From contig JAAILG010001110.1 in the NCBI GenBank assembly GCA_012026655.1, positions 1 through 64,000 on the forward strand: 64,000 nt of DNA. Reading direction: 5' to 3'. This document shows, piece by piece, positions 12,987 through 26,308 of this stretch. Below the pieces are notes generated by a model. That model worked only from the letters and a program-made list of their open reading frames with translations. It did not search any database and was not told the DNA's origin. Position 1 is the stretch's first letter. The number at the start of each line of letters is the position of its first letter. A program made the translations under genes and the position numbers. This DNA comes from Hydrolagus affinis. Its lineage: Eukaryota.

Positions 12987-13337
12987 AAATACTCTTATGT
13001 TGTTAGAAATGTAGTGCGTCAAGTCCCACTTTAGGAGTGGTAATCCATATAGTCTTATCTGATCCATGAAACTGATGTATGGCGGTGCAGTCCTTTGGAT
13101 GAGATGTAAAACTGAGACCCCATCAACCTATTCATGTAGATGCTAAAGATTCCTTGGCAATATTTGAAAAGAGGAGGGATTTTCTTCCTGTGTGTTGTTA
13201 ACAATCACCCAAATAAGATTGGTCATTCATGTTTGTGGGACATTGCTGTACGCAAATTGTCTGCCACGTTTGTCCTCAAAATATACAGTCACTAGAATTT
13301 ACAATGTAGCCTGTGAAGGGATTTAACTGAGAGAATT

Positions 13338-14080
13338 CAGTTGAAGCCTGTTAACCAGGACTCATCAATTTTAAGAGGTGTCCAAAGTTAGGGTTACCTC
13401 CGCTGCGCAGCGGAGGAGCTGTGGTGTTGCCATATAATAGTATGTGGAGTCCTGTATTTCAGTGCTTAGAGCACTCGCCTCACAAGTGAGAGGACTAGGG
13501 TTTGATTCTCGGTAGAGTGAAACATTGGGCAAGTTTACTGACTCCACATGCATCTGTTTACCTAACAGTAAATAGGAAATTCCATTGTTTGAGGTGATTG
13601 ACAGCTGCTGGCACTTGTCAAACTTTGGGCTCCAGACATTCACAGCAGCTTAGCTGTCAATCAATCATGATTTCCCTTGTTCTTCCCGATTCCTCTGCCC
13701 AAAGATTGACAGACCACCTCCAGCCTCATGTGAATGGCTGGAGTACGCTGTCAACTACAATTTGACTCCTCCCATATATAGTTCCTTGGAACGTCCCACC
13801 GACGTGAAAGGCGCTTTACAAATGTGATTTTGTTGTTGTATATCCTGGAATCCCTCGTGGCTGAAGATTCGACACACAGAACACCTGAGTAAGTTCAGCG
13901 ATGACTAGTGTGGCATTTTGCCTGGTGAACTTATTTTCAACCAAATTAATGGGCATTTTTAAAACAGGTACGAGTAGAAATGAAAACAGGTAAGAGTAGA
14001 AGTGAATCAGGGCTGGGCATTTTGTTCCATTTACCCGACTTCCAGGGATAACCAGCGTCCAGCAAAAGCGGATTCCACTG
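13338..14080 (-). mobile_element. Tigger-like non-autonomous DNA transposon with a nested SINE head (13446-13575) and L2 tail (about 13780-13838)
   Basis: Ends cagttgaagcc ... ggattccactg|TA. Both the terminal and internal segments are homologous, inverted, to 47458-47998. Confidence 0.7.
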
Positions 14081-17000
14081 TAGATAATATGATACTTATC
14101 AAATGCAAGGATTATTTTTATGATCATAAATCGAACTTGACTCTGATTACACATCTTAGGAAATTATTCATCAATAAATATCTTCAGTTTAAATAGTAAA
14201 CTCACAGTGTTCCAATATCCATTAGTCATCCAAAATCTTATCAGTACTGAACTGGAATCAAGAAAAAACTAAAGGACGAACTTGCATCTTTATGTTGACT
14301 TATCAAGTCAAACACACTTGCAGGTAATCATTGCAGCATAAGGCCTTTTGTTTTGGAAGCAGCCATTTACTCAAACCAATTGCCACAAGTAGCAGTGAAC
14401 AGCCAGCATTCTTGAGAGACAAATCCTTTTTTTTTAATAGATTCATGGGATATTTATCTATCTGAACAAGCAGACAAACTTGGTTTTACGTCTCATCCAA
14501 AAGACAGCATATCCAATAATGTCGCACTCCCCAAGTACAGTAATTCAATGGAGTGTTTGTCTAGTCCTGGCATGGAATAGCATGACGATATAGCCAACTG
14601 ATACAAGATACAAGGGTGAGTTTTGATGGAGATTAGAAAGATGATGATGTTCCATGGATTTGTAAAATGACTGAGTATGCTTATTGAGCTAAATTGCCTA
14701 TTCGTATTCATATTAAGTAGAGCTTTTATTTGCATTTGCTCTTGGTGTAATTTATTTCTGAGCTGTGTAAAATGAATATGATATGACAATGACATTTATG
14801 AACTTGAAAGTACTAGAGGATGATTCCATAATTTCCAATGTGGGTGTTCTATTTTAATCCAGACTTTCCTGACCATAGAATCGTGCACTTGTGTTGGTAA
14901 AATCTTCTTTGATTTTTTTAAGCTTTGTGAATGATAGCAAGGGTCAGAAAGTGTTGCAACTGTTTTACTGATGAAATGGTGATCTGTACAGAAGGAAAGG
15001 TACGAGTTAAAAGCAATGTTTTAGTTACTTGTGTGCAGAGATTTTGCGTTAGAATTGTGGCAGATCATGGTGGAGGTTTTGTTATAGTAAACTCTGATAG
15101 GCAGCTTACTGAAGTATATTACCATCATTTTGTGATTGCTTCTAGCAGAAAACAAATATACCCTTTCATTACATTTTAAGATTACTTTTTAGATTCCATA
15201 AATAAGGAACAATGGAATGCACAGTTTGTTTACTGAGAGAAAAATATCTCTGATCACCCAGAGCTGTGGAGAGCTTCCTCATCAATAAAATAAACTATAT
15301 TCCAATCACATGAACTGTGTACTCTGTTGAAATAATAAATACTTTGAGAATCTTTAGCGAATTTATCTTCAGAAGGAACATGCATCTTTTTGGTTTGTGG
15401 AAAAACATAGTCCATAATAACACAGTCTGTTCAGACAGTCAGGGTAATGCATGTTGCATACTTGTCGCCGACTCATTTCAAATGCTGGTGAATCAACTGC
15501 AATATTGTCTCTCACACTGTTACTCTGCATGTGAGTATGACTGTTCATTCACCTCCTTTGGTGATTCAATCACAAACTGCAATGATGGACTCCCAATATC
15601 TTTAGCTAAAGCAAAAGTGCCACAGGGCCTTTTTATTTTCTTCGATTACCAGATGTATCAGTGTAATGGATAAGGAATGCTTTTATGGATATGCTATAAT
15701 TCATTTAAAGGGAAAGTCCATTCCACTGAATTGCCACATAATGCAGACTCTAATAAAGAACTCTGTGCACAAGTACCTAAGCCCCCTTTAAAATGGAGAT
15801 GGATGCTTTGGAAGAATGGCTATTAAGAGAACTAAAGGCAGTGAAATGGGATTAAAAGATTTGCCATGATCTAGGAACTGACAGAAGAGACTCGATGGAT
15901 TGAATGAGCTCCTCCGTCCATATATTCCCAGTCATCTCTTGTTACTCTGTTGTTTTGGAGCAGCTGGTTTACAGACCGCTTGAGAGCAGACCTTATGTGC
16001 TGTCCTGTGGGATCATGAAGCATAGAACACTCAGATTACAAATGGAAAAAATTATCTACGATTCACTCTGCTGTGTTTGTTAATTACAGCTCACCGTCAT
16101 CTCGTTGTGGGTTGTGGCACTGAGCTCCATAGTAACTGCCTGGATGCACATATCATTCACTCTCTGATTTGAAGAGCTTCCCTTTTTCTTGCCTCAGTGC
16201 CAGAAATACACCCAGATGATAGGAACAGTAATAGCTCATTTCTATCTGTTCTGCTGCTTTATCAGTCCTGGATGTCAGTTTTGCTTAGTTAGCAATACTC
16301 TCACCTCTTAGTAGGAAGGTTGTGAGTTCATGCTCCATGTTGTTATTTTGAGCTCTGGATTAGACCACTGGGCAGCAAGACTAAGCTCCCGTTTGGATGT
16401 TAAAGATCCTACACTTTAATAGTAGAAGGGAGTTTCTCCTGATTCCTTAATCAACAGTCATTCAGATACCTTGATCTTTCACTTCATAGTAGTTTGCCTG
16501 ATCTTAATATTTAAATTTTTAAATATATGTACAGTATAAGCAAATATATATGCACTTCACGGCAATTACCTGTGAAGCAGTTTCCTACGTTATTATGGAA
16601 TAATACAACAATTTAAGGATTATTTTAATTAATGCATTTCGTTATCTTTCTAATCCCATTTCCTCTGATGTTCTGCACATTTCTTAATACTGTATGTACT
16701 GTAAGACTCTTATTTTCCCAAGTACCTCTCTATCTCTTAGATAAATCAGTCTTTGATTCAGCATCTATAGACATATTGGGCATTTAGCTTCACATTCTCA
16801 CAAAGTTTTATTCACATAGGGTTCTTAGAATACGGAATTATTTACCACGCACGGTTGTGGAAGCCAGGACATTAGTTAATAGGAAATTGGATAAAAACTT
16901 GAAGGAAAATAAACCACAGTATGAAGGAAGGTGTCAGTTTTGCTTAGAATCAGAAGGTTGAAGATTGAAGCAACACATTTGGGGACTTTGAACTCATTGT

Positions 17001-17165
17001 TTAACTGACCCTCTATTGCAGTACTGGAGGTATGTTGCATTGTTGGCGCTATCCTTCAACAACAACAAAATTACATTTATACAGCACCTTTCATGTCAGG
17101 AAGACATCCCATTCAGATGGATGTCCCATTCAGACATTCAGATGAGATGCTAAACATACCTAAGG

Positions 17166-17169
<4 letters not shown>

Positions 17170-17201
<32 letters not shown>
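17170..17201. repeat. (TA)n microsatellite
   Basis: About 16 TA units seen directly. Confidence 0.95.
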
Positions 17202-17203
<2 letters not shown>

Positions 17204-17329
17204 TTCTGCGAAGCGCTTTGAGATGTCTCAACGACACGATAAGGCGTTGTATGTATGCAATGATTATTATTACTATTTGTATTCCAACTCTAACTAGGCA
17301 AGTGAATTGCCTCTGTGTCTCACTACGTA

Positions 17330-17373
<44 letters not shown>

Positions 17374-17374
17374 A
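17330..17374. repeat. Compound (CT)n(CA)n microsatellite
   Basis: Seen directly. Confidence 0.95.
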
Positions 17375-17769
17375 GGCAGCTCAGCTCCTCTCCCCGCTGT
17401 ATCATCAGATTTGACACAGCGCCATCCACGTCAGGAGGACACAATTGTGGAATCATACCTAAGGCTTTTATATATACAGTATATAGATTCCATGAAGAAC
17501 TTTGTGAGAAAGCCTTCTGAGAAAGTTGCTGTATCGAAACGCCATGTCAAAATGGTTATTATTCATTAAATAGCCAGGAAATTAGATGAGAAAGGAAAGG
17601 TCCAGTAAGAACGTTAGCAGATTCAACATTGATATAGTGGATTTCAAACAGCATAATATCTCGGTGGACTTCACACAAGCACAATAAACCAAACAGGCTC
17701 CTTCTATGCTGTAAGTTTTCCATGACATACATTCTGGATTCACATTAATTTTTTTTATACTTGAACGTC

Positions 17770-18145
17770 AAAATGATTGAGGCCCTCTTGATCAGCTCCC
17801 GTCAGCGCATCCACACCTCAGGCACTGACAGCATTGCCACCCATGGATGCACACTCCACCTCACTGCCAATCCAGAACCTTGGCATCTTGCTTGACCCTC
17901 AACTATCCTTTCTACCCCACACCCGCGCCATGACCTGCTTGGCCTTCCCCCACCTCAGCAACATTGCCCGGCTCCACCACCATCTCACACGGCAGGCTGC
18001 TGAGACCCATCTACATGCATTTATAACATCCAGGCTGGACTATGCAAACTCCCTGCTTGTTGGCCTCCCCAAATCCCTCCCTCCATAGGCTACAAATCAT
18101 CCAGAGCTCTGCAGCCCGTGTCCTCTCCGGCACCAGGCTCCATGA
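17770..18145 (+). mobile_element. L2 LINE ORF2 fragment
   Basis: QNLGILLDPQLSF...HAFITSRLDYANSLLVGLP and LQIIQSSAARVL. Confidence 0.85.
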
Positions 18146-19499
18146 GTTTTCCTTTATTATTTTAAAGATTTCAATCAAATTAACTGCCAAATCTGGAGAA
18201 TATAACCTGAATTTATCCAGCCACTCATTCGATGAGTGCCTTCTTGTACAAGGCACATTAATACTAATAATAATCCTTGCATTTGATCTAGCATCTTATT
18301 GTGTCTTCGAGATGTCTCAAAGTGCTTCACACAATGTACTATAAATTGACTATATTTTGTGGCGAAACATAGCAGCCAATTGTGTACAGCAGTGTCCCAC
18401 AAACAGTTGTGAAAAATAATTATACCTCATAAATACTGTAATGCACAGTGTGCTACTGTGATGTGGAGCATAATAGTTCCTGATTTTATGATACATTATG
18501 AATATAAATTAAAATGCCATGCACCTTCATGCAAATTAGACCCTATTAGAGGTTCAACACATCTTTCACCACTCTATAGTTGATGAAAACTGGCAGAAGA
18601 AAGCAGAAGATTTACTGTACTGTTCTTCACAGGTGAAATGAGGCCACCAAAAGTGCCAGTTTGGATTTAGAAAGAAAACCTAAGACTCGAGAAATCCAAA
18701 GCAGGTCAATGAGAATCTTGACGGAAAAAAATAAATTAATGCTCAATTTTTTGTTTAATTTTTGTTTCTTAAATTGGAGCTGTATGTTTCATCTGGTTCA
18801 ACATTAATCATTCTTAAATCAGCAGTTGGAAACAACACTATGATTTTAAGTAGGTCTAATTTATACTTATCACTAAAAGTAATCTTTTTACTGAAGCTTT
18901 ATATGGGGAAATCTTATTACAAAAGACAGCTCTTCTAAAACGCACACAGATAATTTGCTTATTAAACAGTGACGTTTGCATTTCTTGTCTTCTACAATAT
19001 ATACGTGTTAAAATATAAGATTTAAATCTTATGAATACTTTTCTCTTGGTCTTATTGTAAAATCCAGAACAGCTCTTGGCTATCACTTAGTTTTTGTTCT
19101 AAACTATTCATTTTGAGACGCCTAGAAGATGTGAAAAGTGCTATATCAAATGCAAGGATTATTATCATTACTATGTTATTATTTCGTGGGTACTGATCCC
19201 AATATTTATGTGGTGGCAGTCCCATCATTGTGTCATCTTTATACCAAGTTGAAGGTCATTTGAGGAGGTTTTTCATAAGCATGGGAAGAACATCTTGGTA
19301 CAGCATTTTAGGAATAATTATTGATGCATTGAAAGCTTAATTAGTTTGTAATTTAATACTATAAATGTCAGTTTCTTTTAAATGGACATTGATACAGAAA
19401 CGCAGATTAGTCCCATTTCTGAAGTCCACAAATATCAAAAAATCAATAGAACACTAATTCACAGAAAGATGCACTCCGTGGATGGGATAGAACTTGCTA

Positions 19500-20470
19500 A
19501 CAGAGTTACTGAAAGTAATCTAGGATGTTAATTGACTCATCGCTCATCATGTCAAAACAGTGTGAGGCAGACATAAATAAAACAAACAGTTTCCTGGGCT
19601 ATGGCCAATTCATTTGAGTTGAGATGAGATGCCCAGCAGTTAAACTCAAGCTGTGCAGGTATGACTGCTCTGCTCAGTCATACCTGGAGTCTTCTATGAG
19701 GTTTTGGTCATCAGCATCTTGTAATATATAATAATAATAATCCTTGCATTTGATATCGCACTTTTCACATCTTATCGACGTCCCAAAACACTTCACAGAA
19801 TATACTGTAAAGTGAATTGACTGTATATTTGTGGGCGAATCATGGCAGCCAATTGCGCACAGCAGTGTCCCACAAACAGTCATGCATTGAAATGACCAAT
19901 TTTATTATTGTGTTTTTTTTGGACGGATTATTATTAGGCATGTGGAGTAAGGAAACCTGCCCAAGGTTTCGACCTGACCTGCTTGAATTCGAACACAGGT
20001 CTCCCCAGCTTGCAAGACAAGTACTCTAACCACTAAGCCACAGGAGCTCTTGTAATGTCCGCCCAACAAGAAAGATGCTACAGTATACAAATGTAACTTT
20101 GTATTTTATTGCTTCACAACATAGGAGGGTTGCCCGGGTTCTAGTAGCAGTGCAAAAGAGAACAGCAAGGATGATCCCTAAAGCTGGAGGACTAAGCAAC
20201 AATTAGTGAAGGTTGAGCTGTTGGAGAAGTATACATGATTTTAAATGGGAGATTGAGAAAGAAAATGCAGAATAATACTTTCATATGCGATAAAACAACA
20301 GAACATGGTAAAAGGCAATTTCAGGACAGACACCAGATTTTTTTACCCAGACATTAATTAAAAACTGTTGAGTACATTATTAGAAATGGCACTCGACTCA
20401 TTAAAAAGATTTTAATGTTGCAGTGGGAGGACAGTAAGACAGTGATCTTCTCGAAGGATGAGATCAAATA
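19500..20470 (+). mobile_element. Old CR1 ORF2 3' fragment interrupted by a SINE
   Basis: Degenerate QC..A..KANR.LG, RPHLEY...W and VQKR.TRMIP-like remnants. A similar segment lies at 48250-48650. Confidence 0.6.
19726..20049 (-). mobile_element. Full-length tRNA/CORE/Deu SINE with target-site duplication
   Basis: Box A, box B (gttcgaat), CCTTGGGCAGGT, Deu segment and (TTA)n tail. Flanked by tcttgtaat at 19717-19725 and 20048-20056. Confidence 0.92.
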
Positions 20471-21099
20471 GGAGTTTTCCATCTGAAGTTTGAACTGGAA
20501 ATTTTCTCCATATTATCCATCTAGACTAGAACCTAATCAAGCACTATGAGATGCTGCCCTGCGTGAAGGGTACTATATAAATGCAAGTTGTTTTTGTAGT
20601 CTATATAAATGCAATTTGGTACTATCAGGGTAGTATATAAATGGGTACTATATAAATGCAAGTTGTTTTGTAGTCTATATTCTGGAAGGCCATTCGGCCC
20701 ATTTTTTCATGGATGTTTGCTTTGGCAAGATACCATCCATTCCTAATCCCAATTCCCTGTCCTTTCTCTTCACTGACTAATAACCTTCCCTCTGCATGTG
20801 TTTATCTAATTCTCTTTTAAATGCCTCTCAACTGCTTTCACAGCTACTCCGGCAAATCATTCTAACCATCACAAATGTATATGGGTTCTTCTATACCTTT
20901 CCTTTTACTTCCAAATCGACAACCTTGATTTCCTGCTTACTCTTCAAATTCCCCTTCCCAGTAGAAAATGTCCATGTTTCTTTTAAATCCTTTCATGATT
21001 TTAAATACCTCTCACATTGCCCCTCACCATTCTCAGCTCTGATGGAAATATTCCTAACCTCACTAGCCTTTCCGCATATCTGCGGTCTAGTCCCATTAT

Positions 21100-21409
21100 A
21101 ATAATAATAATAATGCTTGCATTTAATATAGCGCTTTTCACTTCTAGATGTCTCAAAGCGCTTCACAGAATGCACTATAAAGTGAATTGACTATGGATAT
21201 GTGAGTGAAATGCGACAGCCAATTGTGCACAGCAGTGACCCATAAACAGTCATGGATTGAAATAACCAATTTATTATTGTTTTTTATTGAGGGATTATTA
21301 TTAGGCATGTGGATTAAGGAAACTTATCCAAGGTTTCACCCTGCCTGGAGTTGAACCCAGGTCTCTAGCTTGTGAGGCGAGTGCTCTAACCACAGAGCTA
21401 CAGGACTCC
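21100..21409 (-). mobile_element. Full-length tRNA/CORE/Deu SINE with target-site duplication
   Basis: Same family; ccattat at 21093-21099 and 21408-21414. Confidence 0.92.
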
Positions 21410-23709
21410 ATTATGTCTCTTTTCCAAACATCCATCAAGTTCCTTTTTCAAATATTTTATGGAGTCTGCCTCAAGATCGGAAGTGCTGACAGTCTGTGTA
21501 TGAATAATGACTATGTGGTCAAGCAATGGGGACTGTTGGCACCTGTGGAATCTTACCCCAGCTTGAGTAAATGCCTTCAGGAAAGGAGGAAATTTGGGTA
21601 AAAAAAAGTTAATAGTTTGTTAAAGGAGAATTGTCTCCCAAGTGCTGTGAACCATGATGGAATCCATGCATGACATTTATTCACTAACGCCCCAGAGATT
21701 TCAAGTTGCATCTAGGAAGGACTATTTACAAAACCACATTTTTGCTCTGAATGGGCTGTAAAGTTCTTGTTGATGTATGTTATTTTAGCTGCATGTACAC
21801 AAGGGACTTCCTTTTGGCTGGAGGCCAGAATATGAATAAATGGGGCTATTTAAATTGGTTTGGGGCTTGCAGCTATCTGTCTCAAGGATTTCCCATGAAG
21901 CAGCCTTTTGTTGGCACAACAAATTTAGTTTTACTTTTTTTTAAGTTTCCTAAAGCAGTTTTCAGTTTAAGTAGCTGGATTACATATGGTCTCCGTTTGT
22001 TTGTTTGGTGGGGTTTTTCCCTCAGAATGTGAAATGTTTTAAATACAACCCAATAAATATTTTATTAACATGTTGACTTCTGTTACTTGCTGAGAAATTC
22101 TGCTTCCCATGATAGTAATATACGTGAAGTGTTCATACCATAATGTGTATTCAACAGTTCTGCAGGAATAATAAGTTCACGATAGCATATACAGTACTTT
22201 GAAAATGAAACACTCTCTGAATAATATACAAGCTCGATTGTGCATTTTATTCTGAAAATTATAGGGGAGAAATACCATCCAACTTTAGATTTATTCTATT
22301 TATGCCATAAGAATGATCAGAATTTGGCAAATTGTTTAATTCATTCTTAACTTTTAAACTATTTCTCTGAAGTTAAGATTTTGTTTTAAATTTGCAGCAC
22401 TCTAAAACATTATCTGAGGTGAAGATATAAATACAAATGTTTATGATATAAACATATATAGATATAAATTACGTATTATATAAATGCAAGTTGTTTTAAG
22501 TAGCGTTGAGCTGGGAGAAAGCAGTCCTCTTGTAGCCAGCCATTTCAGATGCATAAAACATGTGGAATATATAGGAATGGGAAAGGCCACTGTGATCCAT
22601 CCTGCTAATTGCAAGTCTAAAAACAATATTGTTCATGACTCAATTTTGCATACCTTCTAATATTTTACACAACAAAATATTGTCTGTTATATGTCTACAC
22701 ATATAAAGTGTTCGGCTCCATTCATTCCCTGGACACTTTGTTCCATATAGTCATCAAGATACAGTATATGGAAAGTGGTGACATCTCTGTACATCTTAAC
22801 TATCACGTTCCTTGAGCTGATTTACTACTGTCATTTTCAGTAAACTCTATACCAGCAATCCCAAGCTATTCTGCGTTGTCCACAACAATATGTTACCCTT
22901 AAGTTATTGTTCCACTGCATTCCAATCCCATTACTATGCATATTTCCATGTTATATGAGATCTGCTATCAACAAACCTCTCCACTATTTTCTTTCTGCCT
23001 CATTTCCAAACAATTTATGTAACAAGTAAACACAAACACAGTGTCACCTCAACCCATGCCAATATAACTCCTAATTTCTCTTGCTTCCTTTAGTCCAACC
23101 ATTTTCCGATCTACTTCAGAAGCTCCCCTCTCAGCTCAATGCCCCTATGTCGTGTGATATATGTGCGATATTGTGTCCAAATCTAAATATATAACATTTA
23201 CTGAATTTCCCTTTGTCTACCAGGTATAGCAGTCAAACTTAATGTATATATTTATTCATTCAGGTTTGGCACAAGAGACCTTTATTACAGTGTGAGCTTC
23301 TCCTTTCCCTCCCCCAAATGCACTCACATTCTAAACACAGACAAGTAAAGCTGTGTGCTTTAATTGACTTTTAAAGGAAATTGTGTAAGCATAGTAAGGC
23401 TGTTTTTCAAAATAGAAGCCAGTTAGTGAATCCATAATATTTAAGCTATTTTACTGTATTACCATCAACTTTGAATATTGTATTATATTGTATTAACTGG
23501 ATCCTCCAAAATTAACTGGATCCTTAAAATAGAAGATCTATTTTAGAATTACAGTATTTAACTCAAAGATACAAGCTACACACATCTCTTCTGAGGGACT
23601 CACATTCTCTTCTTTGAACCCTCAAAGGGTTCCATTAATTGCAGCTTTTTGTCAGCATAGCCACAGAAGGGGAAAGGAAGTATGAGGTTGACATATTTAA
23701 CATACATCA

Positions 23710-24160
23710 AATGCAAGAATTATGATTATGCTGCCTTATCACGTTGTCAAAAGGTCTCAGAGGATTGTGATTGTGTATTTCTGGGTGAAAGGTGCAACCA
23801 ATTTGTACATAGCAATGTCTCACAAAGAGCCAGGAAGTGGATGACCAATTTTATCTGAAAGATTGTTTGCTAAAATCCCAGGAGAAACACCCTTCTTTTT
23901 TCATCTCATCTGCACATGCAGACAGTGCCTGGTTTAGTATCTCATCTGAAGAATTGGCATCTCAGACAAAACAACAATAGCAGCAACTTGGATTTATATC
24001 AGACACTTCACAAAGTTTGCGGTTTGTGACGGAATACTAGCTGCCCCAGCAGTGCATGGCATTAGAGTGTCAGCCCAGACTTTGGCAAAATCCTGAAATA
24101 GGCCTTGAGCCCACAACCTTCTGATTCAAAAGTGAGGCCAACCAAGCTAGACTGACTAAT
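23710..24160 (-). mobile_element. Old DeuSINE-like SINE with a nested L2 tail
   Basis: Reverse strand shows a tRNA-like head (cttggttggcctc...gaatcagaaggttgtgggctcaag), Deu segment and L2 tail. Confidence 0.6.
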
Positions 24161-24289
24161 CTAGCTGTAGATAATATAGTACATCAAAAATATTGAGTGA
24201 TATTAAAAATTGTTAGCATTATCCATTTTAAAGTATTTCTTTTTTACCCGTCAACATCAAATGTTAACTGTCAAAATCATAATCTCAAC

Positions 24290-24543
24290 TGGCACCAGCC
24301 TCCTGCTTGTCCTTCACACCTTCCATCCCACTATCGGAGGTTGCGCTTTCAACCATTATGCTCCCAAACTCTGGAATACTCTCCCTCCATCCCTCCGTCT
24401 TACCCCCCCACCCTACCTGAAAACCACCTCCCACCCTCCCCCACCCAACCCCCAGCCCGCTTGGAGTCAGGCTTTGCCACTGTTAAGTGTTCTGAAACCC
24501 TACCCGGCGTGGAAGGTGTTATATAAGTGTAAGTTGTTGTTGA
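24290..24543 (+). mobile_element. L2 LINE 3' end
   Basis: PTIGGCAFNHYAPKLWNTLP and (TTG)n tail. Confidence 0.8.
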
Positions 24544-25006
24544 TGTAGAATGAGCTGGAGACCATTTTATTGGTATAGAGTGTGATTTCAAAACTAATAA
24601 TTAATAGAAATTGGCAGCACACTTCAAAACTACAAAGCTAGCTATTATGGGATGCAGAAGAGTTTACACCAATGTTTTGGTAAACTGAGCTACAAATATA
24701 TTTAACAAAGTCAAGCTGTTACAGCAAGACATGCACAGTCTCCAGCTCAGAAGGGGCGTCGTGAGCAGTTTAGATTTAATTACTTTACTCAGAGGCTGGT
24801 AAATGTGTGAAACAGACCACCCAAGGAGGCAAATTGAGCTAGGAAATTACAGAGGAAATTTGATAGTTGTTTGGTGAAGAAATCAAAATTGACTGAACGG
24901 TATGATGGAGAAAGTAACGTGTATATTTTTTAACATGATCCGGGGATGGGGGTGGGGAGTGTGAAATGTTCTTTTCCTCTCTGTTTCCTGTGCTTTACGC
25001 ATGTAT

Positions 25007-25287
25007 GTCCTGTAGATCAGTGATTAGATCACTCACCTCACAAGAGAGGGAACCTGGGTTTGATTCTTGGCAGGACAAACGTTGGGCAAGTTTCCTTACT
25101 CCACACGTCCCTGTTTACCCAGCAGTAAGTAGGAGCTCAGTTGCTAGTCGATTTGCAGATCGCTTTTCCAGGGGTAATAATCCCTTCGAAAAAATCCACT
25201 TTATGGTATATTTTATGAAGCGATTTGAGACGCCTCAAAGATGTGGTAAGGTGCTATATCAAATGCAAGGATTATTATTATTATTAT
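25007..25287 (+). mobile_element. tRNA/CORE SINE variant with the full CORE-like segment and no Deu segment
   Basis: ttgggcaagtttccttactccacacgtccctgtttacccagcagtaagtagg, then L2 tail (ATT)n. Confidence 0.8.
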
Positions 25288-25989
25288 GCCTAAGATTGGA
25301 GTTGCTTATTATTTTGATAAATTGTAGGGAGATTTTAGCTGCAATTGGTCTATTCAGTGCTTGATCACCCCTGGTATGAAAAGTATGAAAAGTGCTTGAT
25401 CCCTGTCCTTATGGAGCTCAAAATATCATCAAAACAACAACAAAATTACACTTGTATAGCGCCTTTCACATCAGGAGGGTATCAATTAAATGCAGCAATT
25501 AAAAATGCATAGATCAAGCATGCTATCATTATTATTCTTAATGAAATCATATTTAAAGAATCAACTTGAATTTGTGTAGTGAATTACAGTACAATGCTGA
25601 CATTTCTCAAAGTGCTCCCTAGGTAAATATGAAGTGTGCACTGTCAAGTGCAGTGATTGTTTTTGTAGGCAAATGTGAGAACTATCAATCAATTAATTAA
25701 TTAATTAATGTGAAGGATTGGGGACAAGGCATTGGAGAAATGTTCTGCTCTTTTTAATTAATGTCTTTAAAGTTCCCAATTCTCAGTACTGCACTGGAAT
25801 GTTGGCCTTAGCCATCAGCTAAAGTTCACTTGAGCCTACGTTCTTAGTCAGAGTCGAGAAGGATTTCAACTAATATGGCAGGGAAGTAAGTGTGTATGTG
25901 TTGGGGGAAAAAAAACACGATGAGCTAGCAAATAAAGCATCATGGAAAAGGGATTATAGAAAATGTAAAAGGGGATAATAATTAGAATA

Positions 25990-26308
25990 TATTAATGCTT
26001 GCATTTGATATAGCGCTTTTCAGGTCTTATCAACGTCTCAAAGCGCTCCATAGAATATACTGTAAGGTGAATTGACTGTATATTTATGGGCGAAATGCAA
26101 CAGCCAATTGCGCACAGCAGTGTCCATTCACAACAAACATTCGTGGATGGAAATGACCAATTTTTATTATTGCGGTTTTTTTGAGGGATTATTATTAGGC
26201 GTGTGGAGTAAGGAAACTTTCCCAAGGTTTCACCCTGATCTCCCTGGATTCGAACACAGGTCTCACGCTTGTAAGGCGAGTGCTCGAACCACTGAGCTAC
26301 AGGATGCC
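25990..26308 (-). mobile_element. Full-length tRNA/CORE/Deu SINE
   Basis: Intact box A (tagctcagtgg) and box B (gttcgaatcc); CpGs retained. Confidence 0.92.

Noticed and set aside
23492-23530. 19-bp tandem duplication attaactggatcct...aaa
   Set aside because: Ordinary slippage duplication with no further structure.
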